Below, piece after piece: positions 27,337 through 37,529 of a stretch of 64,000 nucleotides of DNA. Position numbers and translations under genes: made by a program. The notes under the pieces are model-generated. The model was not told the DNA's origin and ran no database searches. It saw only the letters and a list, made by a program, of their open reading frames with translations. This stretch comes from Candidatus Omnitrophota bacterium (lineage in GTDB: Bacteria; Omnitrophota; Gorgyraeia; Zapsychrales; JANLHA01): contig JAKLFA010000001.1 in assembly GCA_022711395.1 (NCBI GenBank), positions 131,277 through 195,276 of the forward strand, in the 5' to 3' direction. How positions within the stretch are numbered: the stretch's first letter is position 1; each line of letters starts with the position of its first letter.

Positions 27337-28038
27337 ATGATTTTCCAAAGAATCGTCGAAATTCGGAAGAATATTCAGGAGATCTGCGTCAGAACCCGCC
27401 GTGACGCTCAGGACATCAAGATCATCGCCGTGACCAAATATACAGATATCCGATCGGCGCGTGAGGCGATCGAAGCGGGCATTGAAGACATCGGTGAGAA
27501 CCGCGTTCAGGACGCCGCGGAAAAATTTCAAGCCTTGCAGTCACAGGGGCTTTCGTTCCGGCGGCACATGATCGGCCATCTGCAGACCAATAAAGTAAAA
27601 CAGGCCGTTGAGCTGTTCGACATGATCCAGTCCGTGGATTCTTTAAAGGTCGCGCGCGAGATCGACAAACACGCCGCGAAACTCAAAAAGATCATGGACG
27701 TGCTGGTCCAGGTGAATTCCTCGGCGGAAGAACAAAAGTCCGGAGTCTCGCCTGAAGATGCGCTTCGGCTGCTGAATGATATTTCCGTTTTTGAACACAT
27801 CCGCGTGCGGGGATTGATGACCATCGGCCCGTTGACCGAGGACCGGGCGCAGATCGGGAAATGTTTTCAAAAGATGAATGGCCTTTTTAAAGAAGCCAAA
27901 GAGTGTTTCAAAGAACACCCGCGCATGTGTTTTGATGAACTTTCTATGGGCATGACGCAGGATTATGATCTGGCGGTCGAGCACGGGGCGACCATGGTGC
28001 GGATCGGTTCAGCGATTTTTCAAAGGAGCAAGGAATGA
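27337..28038 (+). CDS. yggS: YggS/PLPHP-family pyridoxal-phosphate homeostasis protein
   Basis: MIFQRIVEIRKNI..., AVTKYTDIRSAREAIEAGIEDIGENRVQDA, HMIGHLQTNKVK. ATG 27337 preferred over the TTG at 27301. Confidence 0.85.
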   Translation: MIFQRIVEIRKNIQEICVRTRRDAQDIKIIAVTKYTDIRSAREAIEAGIEDIGENRVQDAAEKFQALQSQGLSFRRHMIGHLQTNKVKQAVELFDMIQSVDSLKVAREIDKHAAKLKKIMDVLVQVNSSAEEQKSGVSPEDALRLLNDISVFEHIRVRGLMTIGPLTEDRAQIGKCFQKMNGLFKEAKECFKEHPRMCFDELSMGMTQDYDLAVEHGATMVRIGSAIFQRSKE

Positions 28039-28820
28039 ATATCGGAATGATCGGCGGCGGCAATATGGGCGGGGCCTTGATCAACGGCCTTTGGAAAAAG
28101 AACACGATCTTTGTCTGCGAACAGGACCGGGCCAAGATGAAACGGCTGAGTGCCCGGTATAAAGCTGTTTCGTCGACGGTCGAAGAGATCGCGAAAAAAT
28201 GTCCGGTCATTATTCTGGCGGTCAAGCCCCAGGACATGGACGCGGTTTTGGATGGTTTGAAGGCCGTGATCCGCTCAAAACATCTGGTGATCTCTATCGC
28301 CGCGGGCATCACCTCTCAGTATTTTGAAAAAAGGCTGGGCGCAAAAACGCGCGTGGTGCGCGCCATGCCGAATATGCCTGCCCAGATCGGGGAGGGCGTC
28401 ACGGCGCTGTCAAAAGGAAAATTTGCGACGGCGGCAGACCTGAAAAAAGCCGCGACCTTGTTAAAAGCCGTTGGGAAGACGGTTGTGGTGAAGGAAGGTG
28501 AGATGGACGCGGTGACCGCGGTCTCGGGCAGCGGGCCGGCGTATGTGTTTTTGTTTGCCGAGTGCATGATCAAAGCGGCGAGGTCTTTAGGGTTGAAGGA
28601 CAGCGTTGCACGGGAACTGGTCTATGAAACGCTTTTGGGAAGCGCGCGTCAGTTGAAGGCGCTGGATGATGATCCGGCGCGGTTGCGCGCGCGCGTGACA
28701 TCTAAAGGCGGGACCACGCAGGCGGCGCTGGAGGTGCTCACCGGGGCTAAGATTGAACAGGTTTTTCAAAGGGCGCTTAAGGCGGCGAAAGACCGCAGCC
28801 AGGCGCTGGCAAAAAAATGA
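28035..28820 (+). CDS. proC: pyrroline-5-carboxylate reductase
   Basis: MNIGMIGGGNMGGALINGL, GSGPAYVFLFAE, KGGTTQAALEVL. Confidence 0.9.
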   Translation: MNIGMIGGGNMGGALINGLWKKNTIFVCEQDRAKMKRLSARYKAVSSTVEEIAKKCPVIILAVKPQDMDAVLDGLKAVIRSKHLVISIAAGITSQYFEKRLGAKTRVVRAMPNMPAQIGEGVTALSKGKFATAADLKKAATLLKAVGKTVVVKEGEMDAVTAVSGSGPAYVFLFAECMIKAARSLGLKDSVARELVYETLLGSARQLKALDDDPARLRARVTSKGGTTQAALEVLTGAKIEQVFQRALKAAKDRSQALAKK

Positions 28821-28858
28821 CACGATAGTGTCACAGTGCCTTAAGAGGAGGTTGGGAT

Positions 28859-29719
28859 ATGGCGAAGGTCGGGATCATCGGCGGCAGCGGGCTGTATCAG
28901 ATGGATGGCGTCAAGGCCCTTAAGGAAGTCTCTCTTAAGACCCCGTTCGGCGCGCCGTCCGGAAAGTTCATGGTCTGTGAGATCGGCGGGGTCGAGACGG
29001 TGTTTCTGGCGCGTCATGGCAAAGGCCACCGCTTTTCTCCCAGCGAGATCAATTACCGCGCCAATATGTTCGGGATGAAAAAGCTCGGGGTCGAGGCGAT
29101 CGTTTCGGTGTCCGCGGTCGGGAGCCTGAAAGAACATTTAAAGCCCTTGGATTTTGTGCTGCCGGACCAGTTCCTGGACCGGACCTTTAAGCGCGCCACG
29201 TCCTTTTTTACCGAGGGGATCGTCGCTCACGTGGCGTTCGCTGACCCCACAGCGCCGGAGCTGAGGGAGGTCCTTTGGAAAGCTTCCCGGGAATTGGGCC
29301 TGACGGTGCATCAAGGCGGGACGTATGTCTGCATGGAGGGCCCGCAATTTTCGACCAAAGCGGAGTCGAACCTTTACCGGTCCTGGGGCATGGATATCAT
29401 CGGCATGACCAACGCCACCGAAGCCAAGCTCGCGCGCGAGGCGGAGATCTCTTACGCGACGCTGGCGGCGGTCACGGATTATGACTGCTGGCACCAGACC
29501 CACGAGACGGTGTCGGTGGAGATGATCATCGCCACGTTAAGAAAGAACGTCGCCAACGCGCAGGCGCTTTTGAAGGCGGCCGTGCCGCGGATCGGGGCGC
29601 TTGAAAATTTCAGCGCGCGCGAGGCCTTGAAATACGCGCTGATCACCTCACCCGAGGCGGTCCCGGCAAAGAAGAAAAAAGAACTGAGCGTTTTGATCGG
29701 GAAATACCTTCCCGTTTAG
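28859..29719 (+). CDS. mtnP: S-methyl-5'-thioadenosine phosphorylase
   Basis: VGIIGGSGLY, VFLARHGKGHRFSPSEINYRANM, PNP/MTAP family. Confidence 0.85.
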   Translation: MAKVGIIGGSGLYQMDGVKALKEVSLKTPFGAPSGKFMVCEIGGVETVFLARHGKGHRFSPSEINYRANMFGMKKLGVEAIVSVSAVGSLKEHLKPLDFVLPDQFLDRTFKRATSFFTEGIVAHVAFADPTAPELREVLWKASRELGLTVHQGGTYVCMEGPQFSTKAESNLYRSWGMDIIGMTNATEAKLAREAEISYATLAAVTDYDCWHQTHETVSVEMIIATLRKNVANAQALLKAAVPRIGALENFSAREALKYALITSPEAVPAKKKKELSVLIGKYLPV

Positions 29720-29749
29720 AATTCAAATCCAATAGAAAGCATCGAAAGA

Positions 29750-32578
29750 ATGGAAAAGAAGACCAACGAATATCAACACACCATGAACCTGCCGCAGACC
29801 GATTTCTCCATGAGGGGAGGGATGGCTGAAAAAGAACCCAGGATCCTTGAGCGCTGGCAGAAGAACTCCTTGTATGAGAAGATCCGCGCGAAATCCAAAG
29901 GCTCGCCGGCCTTCGTCCTGCACGACGGGCCGCCTTACGCCAACGGGAACATCCATATCGGGCACGCCTTAAATAAGATCTTGAAAGATATCATTGTCAA
30001 AATGAAGACCATGCAGGGCTTTGATTCGAAATATGTCCCGGGCTGGGATTGCCACGGCCTGCCGATCGAACATCAGCTGTTCAAGAAGATCCAGAAGCGC
30101 AAATCCGAGGTCAACTCGGTCGAATTCCGCAAGGCCGCTCACGAATACGCGCTCGGGTTCGTGGACACGCAGCGCGCTCAGTTCAAGCGGCTGGGCGTCT
30201 TCGGAGAATGGGAAAAGCCGTATCTGACACTGGCGCCTGATTATGAATACGCGATCCTGAAAGCGTTCGCTGACCTGGTCGAGGGGGGCTACATTTACCG
30301 CGGGGTCAAACCGGTCAACTGGTGCTCGGATTGCGAGACCGCGCTCGCTGAGGCGGAAGTGGAATATGAGGACCACACATCCCCGTCGGTCTACGTGAAG
30401 TTCAAGGTGACGGACACCGATGGCCTGGACCTTCATGACCCGTCTAAACCGGTGTATCTGGTGATCTGGACCACGACGCCCTGGACGCTGCTGGCCAACG
30501 TCGCGATCGCCGTTCATCCACAGTTCGATTACGCCTGTCTTGACACGGGCGAAGAGATCCTGATCATTGAAAAGTCCCTGAGCGCCCAGGTTCTGGCAAA
30601 GGGGGGGATCGAAGAATCCAAGGTCGCCGCTGAATTCAAGGGCCATCAGCTTAAAGGCTTGAAATATGAGCACCCCTTCGGCATGGAGGCGGACTGCTGC
30701 GTGATCAACACGGATTACGTGACCCGCGACGACGGGACCGGACTGGTGCACACGGCCCCCGGTCACGGGCAGGAGGACTATGAGGCGGGAGTTAAGAACG
30801 GCCTGAAGATCCTGATGCCGGTCGATGACCGCGGATGTTTTGTCGCGGGGACGGCGAAGTTCGCCGGGCAGCACGTGTTTAAGGCCAACCCGAATATTGT
30901 TGAAGATCTGAAGAGCCGCGGGGTCTTACTGGCCTCTCAAAAGATCGCCCACTCGTATCCGCATTGCTGGCGATGCAAGCAGCCGATCATTTTCAGGGCG
31001 ACCCAGCAATGGTTCATGAAGATCGATCATAAGGGTTTGCGCGCCAAATTGCAGGAAGTCATTAAGAATGATGTCCAGTGGATCCCTGAAAGCGGACAGG
31101 AGCGTATTTTAGGCATGATCATCGGCCGGCCTGATTGGTGCCTTTCGCGCCAGAGGCATTGGGGAGTTCCGATCCCCGCGCTTAAGTGCGTCGGCACGGA
31201 TGGAAAGCATCGGCTCTATCCTGAAGTGATCGAGCATTTTTCAAAGATCGTGAAAGCCGAAGGGACCGACGCCTGGTTTTCCAAAGACGTGAAAGACCTG
31301 ATCCCCAAAGGGTTTGTGTGCCCGGAAACAGGGTGCGGGGAATTTGAAAAGACATACGATATTTTGGATGTCTGGTTCGATTCGGGCGTCAGCCACCGCG
31401 CTGTGGTCGGCCCGATGATCGGCGCGCGGCTGCCGGTTGACATGTATCTGGAAGGTTCCGACCAGCACAGAGGGTGGTTTCAGTCATCGTTGATCCCGTC
31501 GGTCGCCATTGACGGGCGCTCGCCGTTTAAGGCGGTCCTGACGCACGGCTTCGTGGTGGATGGTGAAGGCCGCAAGATGTCGAAGTCCCTGGGCAATGTC
31601 ATCGGCCCGGACGAAGTGACCAAACAGTATGGGGCGGATATCCTGCGCCTTTGGGTCGCCTCCAGCAATTACAATGATGATATCCGTTTGTCCAAAGAGA
31701 TCCTGGCGCGCGATATCGATGCTTATCGCAAGATCCGCAACACATTGCGGTATTTATTGGGGAATTTGAACGGTTTTGACCCTGAAAAGGATGTTTTGGA
31801 GTATAACCGTCTTTTGGAACTGGACCAATGGGCCCTGAACCAATTGTATGAAACAAGCCTGGCGGTCCGGGAGGCGTATAACAGCTTTGAATTTGCAAAA
31901 GCGTTCCAAGTCATGTATGCTTTCTGCAACGAAAGTTTGTCCAGTTTTTATCTTGACATTCTAAAAGACCGTTTGTATACTTCTCAAGCTCATTGCGATG
32001 AGCGGCGCTCAGCGCAGACCGTTCTTTTCTATATAACTAATGAACTGGTAAGGCTTTTGGCTCCGATCCTGGTTTTTACGGCTGAAGAGGTCTTTGAAGC
32101 CATGCCGAAAGGCGCGGACCTGAGATCTTTGGACAGCATCCATCTGGCGGATTGGCTTAACACTCCGCAGGAATGGAGAAATCCGGACCTTCAAGAGAGG
32201 TTTTCCCTGTTAGTGGAGCTTCGTCCCTTTGTGATGAAAGCCCTGGAGGAAGAACGGGCCAAGGGGCTCATCGGAAGCTCGCTGGAGGCCAAGGTCATAT
32301 TTGAGACCGCCAGCCAGCGGGACCAGGAGTATCTTGCCGGGCGCTTGAAGGACCTGCCTGAGGCGTTCATTGTTTCTCAGGTGGAGGTCCGAAAGGTGGA
32401 CAGTGTTGAGAACGGCGTCAGTCCGCAGTTTTCTCAAACAAAGATCATGATCGTCAAGGCCGATGGTCAGAAATGCGTGCGTTGCTGGAATTACAGAGAG
32501 CTGGGCGTCTCTGCCGGGCACCCGCAGCTTTGCGGCCGTTGCGCTGAGGTGGTCATGCGAATAGAAAAAACCGTTTAA
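29750..32578 (+). CDS. ileS: isoleucine--tRNA ligase
   Basis: HIGH motif (PYANGNIHIGHAL), KMSKS (KMSKSLGN), C-terminal zinc-finger cysteines. Confidence 0.95.
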   Translation: MEKKTNEYQHTMNLPQTDFSMRGGMAEKEPRILERWQKNSLYEKIRAKSKGSPAFVLHDGPPYANGNIHIGHALNKILKDIIVKMKTMQGFDSKYVPGWDCHGLPIEHQLFKKIQKRKSEVNSVEFRKAAHEYALGFVDTQRAQFKRLGVFGEWEKPYLTLAPDYEYAILKAFADLVEGGYIYRGVKPVNWCSDCETALAEAEVEYEDHTSPSVYVKFKVTDTDGLDLHDPSKPVYLVIWTTTPWTLLANVAIAVHPQFDYACLDTGEEILIIEKSLSAQVLAKGGIEESKVAAEFKGHQLKGLKYEHPFGMEADCCVINTDYVTRDDGTGLVHTAPGHGQEDYEAGVKNGLKILMPVDDRGCFVAGTAKFAGQHVFKANPNIVEDLKSRGVLLASQKIAHSYPHCWRCKQPIIFRATQQWFMKIDHKGLRAKLQEVIKNDVQWIPESGQERILGMIIGRPDWCLSRQRHWGVPIPALKCVGTDGKHRLYPEVIEHFSKIVKAEGTDAWFSKDVKDLIPKGFVCPETGCGEFEKTYDILDVWFDSGVSHRAVVGPMIGARLPVDMYLEGSDQHRGWFQSSLIPSVAIDGRSPFKAVLTHGFVVDGEGRKMSKSLGNVIGPDEVTKQYGADILRLWVASSNYNDDIRLSKEILARDIDAYRKIRNTLRYLLGNLNGFDPEKDVLEYNRLLELDQWALNQLYETSLAVREAYNSFEFAKAFQVMYAFCNESLSSFYLDILKDRLYTSQAHCDERRSAQTVLFYITNELVRLLAPILVFTAEEVFEAMPKGADLRSLDSIHLADWLNTPQEWRNPDLQERFSLLVELRPFVMKALEEERAKGLIGSSLEAKVIFETASQRDQEYLAGRLKDLPEAFIVSQVEVRKVDSVENGVSPQFSQTKIMIVKADGQKCVRCWNYRELGVSAGHPQLCGRCAEVVMRIEKTV

Positions 32579-32599
32579 TGTGTTAAAGGAGTTTTTTGC

Positions 32600-32995
32600 A
32601 TGCCGGAAAACAAATTAGATCAAACCAAATTAGAGCAAATCCAGAAAGATCTATTGAACCTTAAGTCCAATATTCTGCATGATATCAAGAATATGGATGC
32701 GGATAATTCCGCCGAAGGTCAAGGCCGTTCCGACAGCAGCGTGGGCCACGGCATGCATATCGCTGACGCGGCTTCAGAGATGTATGACCGTGAATTCTCC
32801 CTGAACCTGGCATCGAATGACCGCGAACTTTTGCAGAAGATCGAAGAATCCTTAAAGCGCATTGAAGGCAAGATCTACGGCCTGTGCGTGCGTTGCAAGG
32901 GTCCGATCCCTTACGCGCGCCTGAAGGCGCTGCCCTACGCTGAAAATTGCGTGAAATGCCAGGAAGAACTTGATAATGGCCGCAAGCCCGCGTGA
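32600..32995 (+). CDS. DksA/TraR-family C4 zinc-finger protein
   Basis: Coiled-coil N-terminus. CVRCKGPI...CVKCQEE zinc finger. Confidence 0.75.
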   Translation: MPENKLDQTKLEQIQKDLLNLKSNILHDIKNMDADNSAEGQGRSDSSVGHGMHIADAASEMYDREFSLNLASNDRELLQKIEESLKRIEGKIYGLCVRCKGPIPYARLKALPYAENCVKCQEELDNGRKPA

Positions 32996-32999
32996 GGTC

Positions 33000-33482
33000 A
33001 TGAATAAACGGTTCCATGTTCAGCTGGATGTCATAGTCGCGCCGGTGACTGTTTTTCTTGTCCTGTTTTTTGACCGCATCACAAAGAATTTCTTTTCTCA
33101 GGTCCTCTCCGAGGGGGAGTCGATCCCGGTGATCAAAAACGCGTTTCATTTCAGCCTGGTCCATAATACGGGGATCGCCTTTGGGCTGTTCAAGGACCAG
33201 GGTATTGTTTTTATCATTATTCCGGTGATCGCGATCATCCTTCTGATCTACAACATTTATTATTACCGCAATCATGAGCACAGCTTGAACTTGATCTATG
33301 TGACCGGGTTTTCGCTGATCCTGGCCGGGGCGCTGGGTAATTTGATCGATCGCGTCATTTATGGTTACGTGATCGATTTTCTGGATTTCAGGATCTGGCC
33401 GGTCTTTAATATCGCGGATTCCGCGATCACGGTGGGGGCCCTTTTGATCGCCTGGAAGTGTTTGCGCCTCCGTGAGGAATAA
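33000..33482 (+). CDS. lspA: lipoprotein signal peptidase II
   Basis: GNLIDR, DFLDFRIWPVFNIADSAITVG. ATG 33000 after GAGG, immediately after the dksA-like stop. Confidence 0.85.
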   Translation: MNKRFHVQLDVIVAPVTVFLVLFFDRITKNFFSQVLSEGESIPVIKNAFHFSLVHNTGIAFGLFKDQGIVFIIIPVIAIILLIYNIYYYRNHEHSLNLIYVTGFSLILAGALGNLIDRVIYGYVIDFLDFRIWPVFNIADSAITVGALLIAWKCLRLREE

Positions 33483-33498
33483 TTTTAACGGTTGCTAA

Positions 33499-34263
33499 GT
33501 GGGGGAAAAGATGTTTCCGGAGATCGTTCGTATCGGAGGGGTCGTGATCTATTCCTACGGCCTGATGCTGGCGGCCGCGATCGTCGTGTGTTCGGTCCTG
33601 CTGAGCAGGGACGCCAAGCGCGCGCTCGGGATCGAACAGGACGCGGTCCTGGACCTGGTCTTTTGGACGATGATCGCCGGGATCGCGGGCGCGAGGCTTT
33701 TTTATATCCTGCTGAACCTGCCGCTTTTCATCGAGGACCCTCGAGAGATCATTATGCTGCAGCACGGGGGATTGGCGTTCCAGGGGGGGCTGGTTTTGGG
33801 CGCCCTTTGCGCGGCGTGGATCATTCGGCGGAAGGGCTGGCCGTTCTGGAAAATGACGGACCTGATCGCGCCGTATTTGGCTCTGGGGCACGCGATCGGG
33901 AGGGTTGGCTGTTTTTTAAACGGCTGCTGCTACGGCCGTCCGGTCGATTGGGGTATTTATTTTCCGGTGCATGAAGCGCATTTGCACCCCACGCAGGTCT
34001 ATGACACTGTTCTGCTCACGGCGGTTTTTTTAATCCTTAAAAAATTTCAAAAGTCGGGTTTGAGGGATGGCGGGACCTTCGCGCTTTATCTTGTGTTCGC
34101 CTCCGTTGAGCGCATGGCGGTCGAGTTTTTCCGGGCGGACCATGAGGTCCTGTTGTTTGGTTTAAGTATCTTTCAATATGTGAGCATTGTGATCTTTTTG
34201 GGCGGGGCGGCGTTGTGGTTTTATTTGAAAGGAAGCAATGGATCTAAGCACCTTCACCATTGA
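33499..34263 (+). CDS. lgt: prolipoprotein diacylglyceryl transferase
   Basis: YGLMLAAAIV, GRVGCFLNGCCYGRP signature, multi-TM. Confidence 0.85.
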   Translation: MGEKMFPEIVRIGGVVIYSYGLMLAAAIVVCSVLLSRDAKRALGIEQDAVLDLVFWTMIAGIAGARLFYILLNLPLFIEDPREIIMLQHGGLAFQGGLVLGALCAAWIIRRKGWPFWKMTDLIAPYLALGHAIGRVGCFLNGCCYGRPVDWGIYFPVHEAHLHPTQVYDTVLLTAVFLILKKFQKSGLRDGGTFALYLVFASVERMAVEFFRADHEVLLFGLSIFQYVSIVIFLGGAALWFYLKGSNGSKHLHH

Positions 34264-35143
34264 GGCGGACCAAAAGGGCCTGCGGCTTGACGTGTTTCTG
34301 GCGCAGTATGTTGAGCAGATCCCTTCGAGGACGTTCGGCCGGAAGCTGATCGAGGACGGCTTCGTGCTTTTGAACGGCGAGCGGGTGAGCCCGCATCATA
34401 AGGTCAACGAAGGCGACCGTGTTGAGGTCCACTTGGAAAACGTCGAGCCGGAAGAGATGAACGTCGAGCCGGAGAACATCCCGCTGGACGTGCTGTATGA
34501 GGACGCGTCTTTGATCGTGGTCAACAAACCTGTGGGGATGCTGGTCCATCCTGTGCACGGAACGGGCACCGGGACGCTGGTCAACGCGTTGTTGTATTAT
34601 TGCAAATCCCTTTCGAACGTGAACGAAGAGCACCGTCCGGGGATCGTCCATCGCCTTGACCGGGAGACATCGGGCGTGATCCTCGTCGCCAAGAACGACC
34701 AGTCTCACGTGCGGCTGGCCAGACAGTTCGAGAAACACAAGGTCCAGAAGAAATATATCGCCATTGTGAAGGGGTGGATCGAGTTTGACGAAGGGGTGGT
34801 GGACGCGCCGCTGGGAAAACATCCGCTCCATTTTGATAAAAGGGCGGTCTCGTTCGATGAGACCGACTCCAGGGAAGCGGAGACCTCTTACCGCGTCATC
34901 CGCCGCTGCAAGAACAACACGACCCTGGTCGCGCTATTCCCCAAAACAGGCCGCACGCATCAGCTGAGGGTCCACATGAAGCATCTGGGCCATCCGATCC
35001 TCGGCGATGACAAGTACGGGGACAAAAAGGGTTTTCCACGGCTGGCGCTGCACGCGCAATCGATCGCCTTTCAACATCCTATCGGCAAATGGCCGATGGA
35101 GATCTTCGCTCCTTTGCCTCAGGAATTCCTGAACTACCCGTAA
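34238..35143 (+). CDS. rluD: RluA-family 23S rRNA pseudouridine synthase (RluD-like, S4 domain)
   Basis: S4-like N-terminus. HRLDRETSGVILVAKN catalytic Asp motif. Confidence 0.85.
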   Translation: MDLSTFTIEADQKGLRLDVFLAQYVEQIPSRTFGRKLIEDGFVLLNGERVSPHHKVNEGDRVEVHLENVEPEEMNVEPENIPLDVLYEDASLIVVNKPVGMLVHPVHGTGTGTLVNALLYYCKSLSNVNEEHRPGIVHRLDRETSGVILVAKNDQSHVRLARQFEKHKVQKKYIAIVKGWIEFDEGVVDAPLGKHPLHFDKRAVSFDETDSREAETSYRVIRRCKNNTTLVALFPKTGRTHQLRVHMKHLGHPILGDDKYGDKKGFPRLALHAQSIAFQHPIGKWPMEIFAPLPQEFLNYP

Positions 35144-35252
35144 GTTTTTTATTCGATCAAGATGCCCGCTTTAAAATCCGGATAAGTCCTTTACTTGTGG
35201 TATAAGCTTTTTATAATATAATTGATCACTTAAAATAAATGTGGAGGACTGT

Positions 35253-36089
35253 ATGGCTAAAACTTCCGGCAAGACGTTAACGATCTTTCTGGTTATTTTT
35301 TTCGTGTTGCTGATTTCCGTGACATCGATCTCCGTGTTCTTTTTTCTGCAGGAAGCGGACCAGCGCGAGTTCGTCGAGTATAACCTTGAACAGCTGCGCG
35401 TCAAGTACGACAACGCGGAGAACCGTCTGAAGGAAGTGGAAAAAGAGAAAATGGTCCTGGACCAGAAGCTGAAAGAGGCGGAGGCCGAGATCGACCGGTT
35501 GGAAAAAGACGCCGATTATCAGGAAGGGCTTGCGGAAAAATTCAAAAAGGACAAGCAGGAGGTCGAGAGCTCTTTGTTGACGATTAAGAAGCAGCAGGAG
35601 ACCGTTAAGGCTGAACTGGAAGTCCAGATCAAACAGGCCCAGGAGCAGGTCGCGGAACTGAAGGTCCAGCTGGACGCGGCCCTTGAGCGCAATAAAGAAC
35701 TGGAACAGAAGTGGCAGGACCTTCAGGCGGGAAAAGGCGGTATGAGCATTAAGGGCCCGTCTTCTGATCCGGCCGCGCCTTCGGGGGAGCAGGTTTCCGC
35801 TGGCGCCGGCATAAGCGGGATCGACCTTGACCCGATCGTGATCAACGCGGTGGGAGCGAAAGGTTCAATTATTAACGTCGACCGGGAAACGGATTTTGTG
35901 ATTGTCCGGTTGGGCGTTGAGGATGGATTGAAGGAAGGGGATGTCCTTTCCGTTTATAGAGGAGAGACATATTTGGGGGACCTGAAGACCACCCGGGTCG
36001 AGCAGGATATGGCAGCAGCAGATTTTGTCCCGCCGTTGACCAGTCAGAATATTTTTGAGACCGACACGGTCGTTATCAAGCAGCAATGA
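35253..36089 (+). CDS. membrane-anchored coiled-coil protein with C-terminal beta domain (MreC-like architecture), hypothetical
   Basis: ATG 35253 after GGAGGA. TM helix LTIFLVIFFVLLISV, long coiled coil, C-terminal IINVDRETDFVIVRLGVEDGLKEGDVLSVYRG. Confidence 0.45.
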   Translation: MAKTSGKTLTIFLVIFFVLLISVTSISVFFFLQEADQREFVEYNLEQLRVKYDNAENRLKEVEKEKMVLDQKLKEAEAEIDRLEKDADYQEGLAEKFKKDKQEVESSLLTIKKQQETVKAELEVQIKQAQEQVAELKVQLDAALERNKELEQKWQDLQAGKGGMSIKGPSSDPAAPSGEQVSAGAGISGIDLDPIVINAVGAKGSIINVDRETDFVIVRLGVEDGLKEGDVLSVYRGETYLGDLKTTRVEQDMAAADFVPPLTSQNIFETDTVVIKQQ

Positions 36090-37375
36090 ACGCGATCATT
36101 CAACCAACTCATATCCTGCGGGGAAGCGTTGAGCTCCCCGCGTCAAAATCGTATTCGGTCCGCGCCTTTGTGATCGCCGCCTGTGGGGGGCGATCATCGA
36201 TCCTTTCTCCGTCGGATTGCGATGACGCGCTGGCGGCGCTTGCGACCGCGCGGGGTTTGGGCGCTAAAGCGCGGAGGATTCCGGGCGGTTGGCTGATCGA
36301 CGGGAACAGGCGCGCGGCCCTGCCGCCGCTGATCAATGTCCGGGAATCAGGAACGGCCCTGCGGCTTGTGCTGCCGTTGGCAGCTCTTCACGGACGGCCG
36401 GTCCGCGTCACGGGAGAGGGGACTTTGTGCGGGAGGCCCAACCATCATTTGATCGCCGTGCTTAAGAAGCTTGGAGTTGATGTCGACGGGCGGGGGAAAA
36501 AGCACAGTGTGCCGATCGTTTTTAAGGGCGGGCGCTTGCGAAACGGTGTTATTGAGATCGACGGCAGCTTGAGCTCGCAGTTCGTTTCGGCGCTTTTGAT
36601 CGCCCTTCCCCAGTTGGACGGCGGCAGCGTTCTGCGCGTGAAGGGCAAAAGGATCGTCTCTTCGGATTATGTGACCATGACCCTGCAAGTCCTTAAAAGA
36701 GCGGGGGTGTCGGTCAGGGCGGTCGATCGGCGGACGTTCCAAATTCCGGGAGGACAGCCTTTTAAGGGGTTAAAGAACTTTCGCGTTCCTTCGGATTACG
36801 GCCTGGCCGCCTTTTTGATGGCTGCCGCGGCGTTGACCGGGTCCAATGTCTGTTTGAAGGGGTGCTTGAGCGATGATTTTATTCAGGCTGACGGCCGCGT
36901 CCTTTCGATCCTGAAAACGATGGGCGTGAATTTCAAAAAAACATCCCGGTCTTTGCGCGTCAAGGGCCCGTTTACGATCAGGGGCGGGGAATTCTCGTTG
37001 AAGGATTGCCCTGATTTGCTGCCTATTCTGGCTGTCTGCGCGCTTTTTGCTGACCGCAAGACCACCTTTAAGGACATCGCCCATGTCCGCGCCAAGGAGT
37101 CTGACCGCATCTCCGACCTGCGCAAAGAGCTTCTTAAGATCAACGCGCGCGTTTCAGAAACGCATAACACGCTTACGATCACCCCCGCTGAGGATCGATA
37201 CCTTCGGGACCGTTCTTTGGACCCTCATCATGACCATCGGCTGGCCATGGCTTTTTCCGTATTAGGATTGAAACTCGGTGTCCGGATTAAAGATGCCGAA
37301 TGTATCAGCAAATCTTATCCGGGGTTTTTGAGCGACCTGAAAATATTGGGTGGGCAGGTCAAAAAATGCCGTTAA
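36086..37375 (+). CDS. aroA: 3-phosphoshikimate 1-carboxyvinyltransferase (EPSP synthase)
   Basis: LPASKSYSVRAFVIAA, ESDRISDL, DHRLAMAFSVLGL. Confidence 0.9.
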   Translation: MNAIIQPTHILRGSVELPASKSYSVRAFVIAACGGRSSILSPSDCDDALAALATARGLGAKARRIPGGWLIDGNRRAALPPLINVRESGTALRLVLPLAALHGRPVRVTGEGTLCGRPNHHLIAVLKKLGVDVDGRGKKHSVPIVFKGGRLRNGVIEIDGSLSSQFVSALLIALPQLDGGSVLRVKGKRIVSSDYVTMTLQVLKRAGVSVRAVDRRTFQIPGGQPFKGLKNFRVPSDYGLAAFLMAAAALTGSNVCLKGCLSDDFIQADGRVLSILKTMGVNFKKTSRSLRVKGPFTIRGGEFSLKDCPDLLPILAVCALFADRKTTFKDIAHVRAKESDRISDLRKELLKINARVSETHNTLTITPAEDRYLRDRSLDPHHDHRLAMAFSVLGLKLGVRIKDAECISKSYPGFLSDLKILGGQVKKCR

Positions 37376-37410
37376 GAGAAGATTTTGCCTTGAAAATCCT
37401 GTGAAAACGT

Positions 37411-37439
37411 TTGACTTCAATTTTTTTTTCAATTAATAT
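37411..37439 (+). promoter_or_regulatory. sigma70-like promoter TTGACT-N17-TAATAT upstream of mreB operon
   Basis: Read from sequence in an AT-rich 150-bp intergenic region. Confidence 0.5.
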
Positions 37440-37529
37440 ACTAATCACTTGAAATATAATAATTTACTAACATATAGCAGCGCGGACTTACTCTGAAATA
37501 TCAGCCACTTATCCAACCAAGGGGCATCT

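Noticed and set aside
26756-27404. Small ORFs (77, 80, 68 and 78 aa) in the non-coding island
   Set aside because: No SD, overlapping in both strands, and low-complexity basic composition. More likely non-coding (repeat and sRNA features).
29969-30874. 301-aa minus-strand ORF inside ileS
   Set aside because: Shadow ORF. The ileS reading frame is unambiguous (HIGH/KMSKS).
32970-32999. ORF-track TTG start for lspA overlapping the end of the dksA-like gene
   Set aside because: ATG at 33000 has a GAGG SD and gives a normal-length LspA. The longer form is unnecessary.
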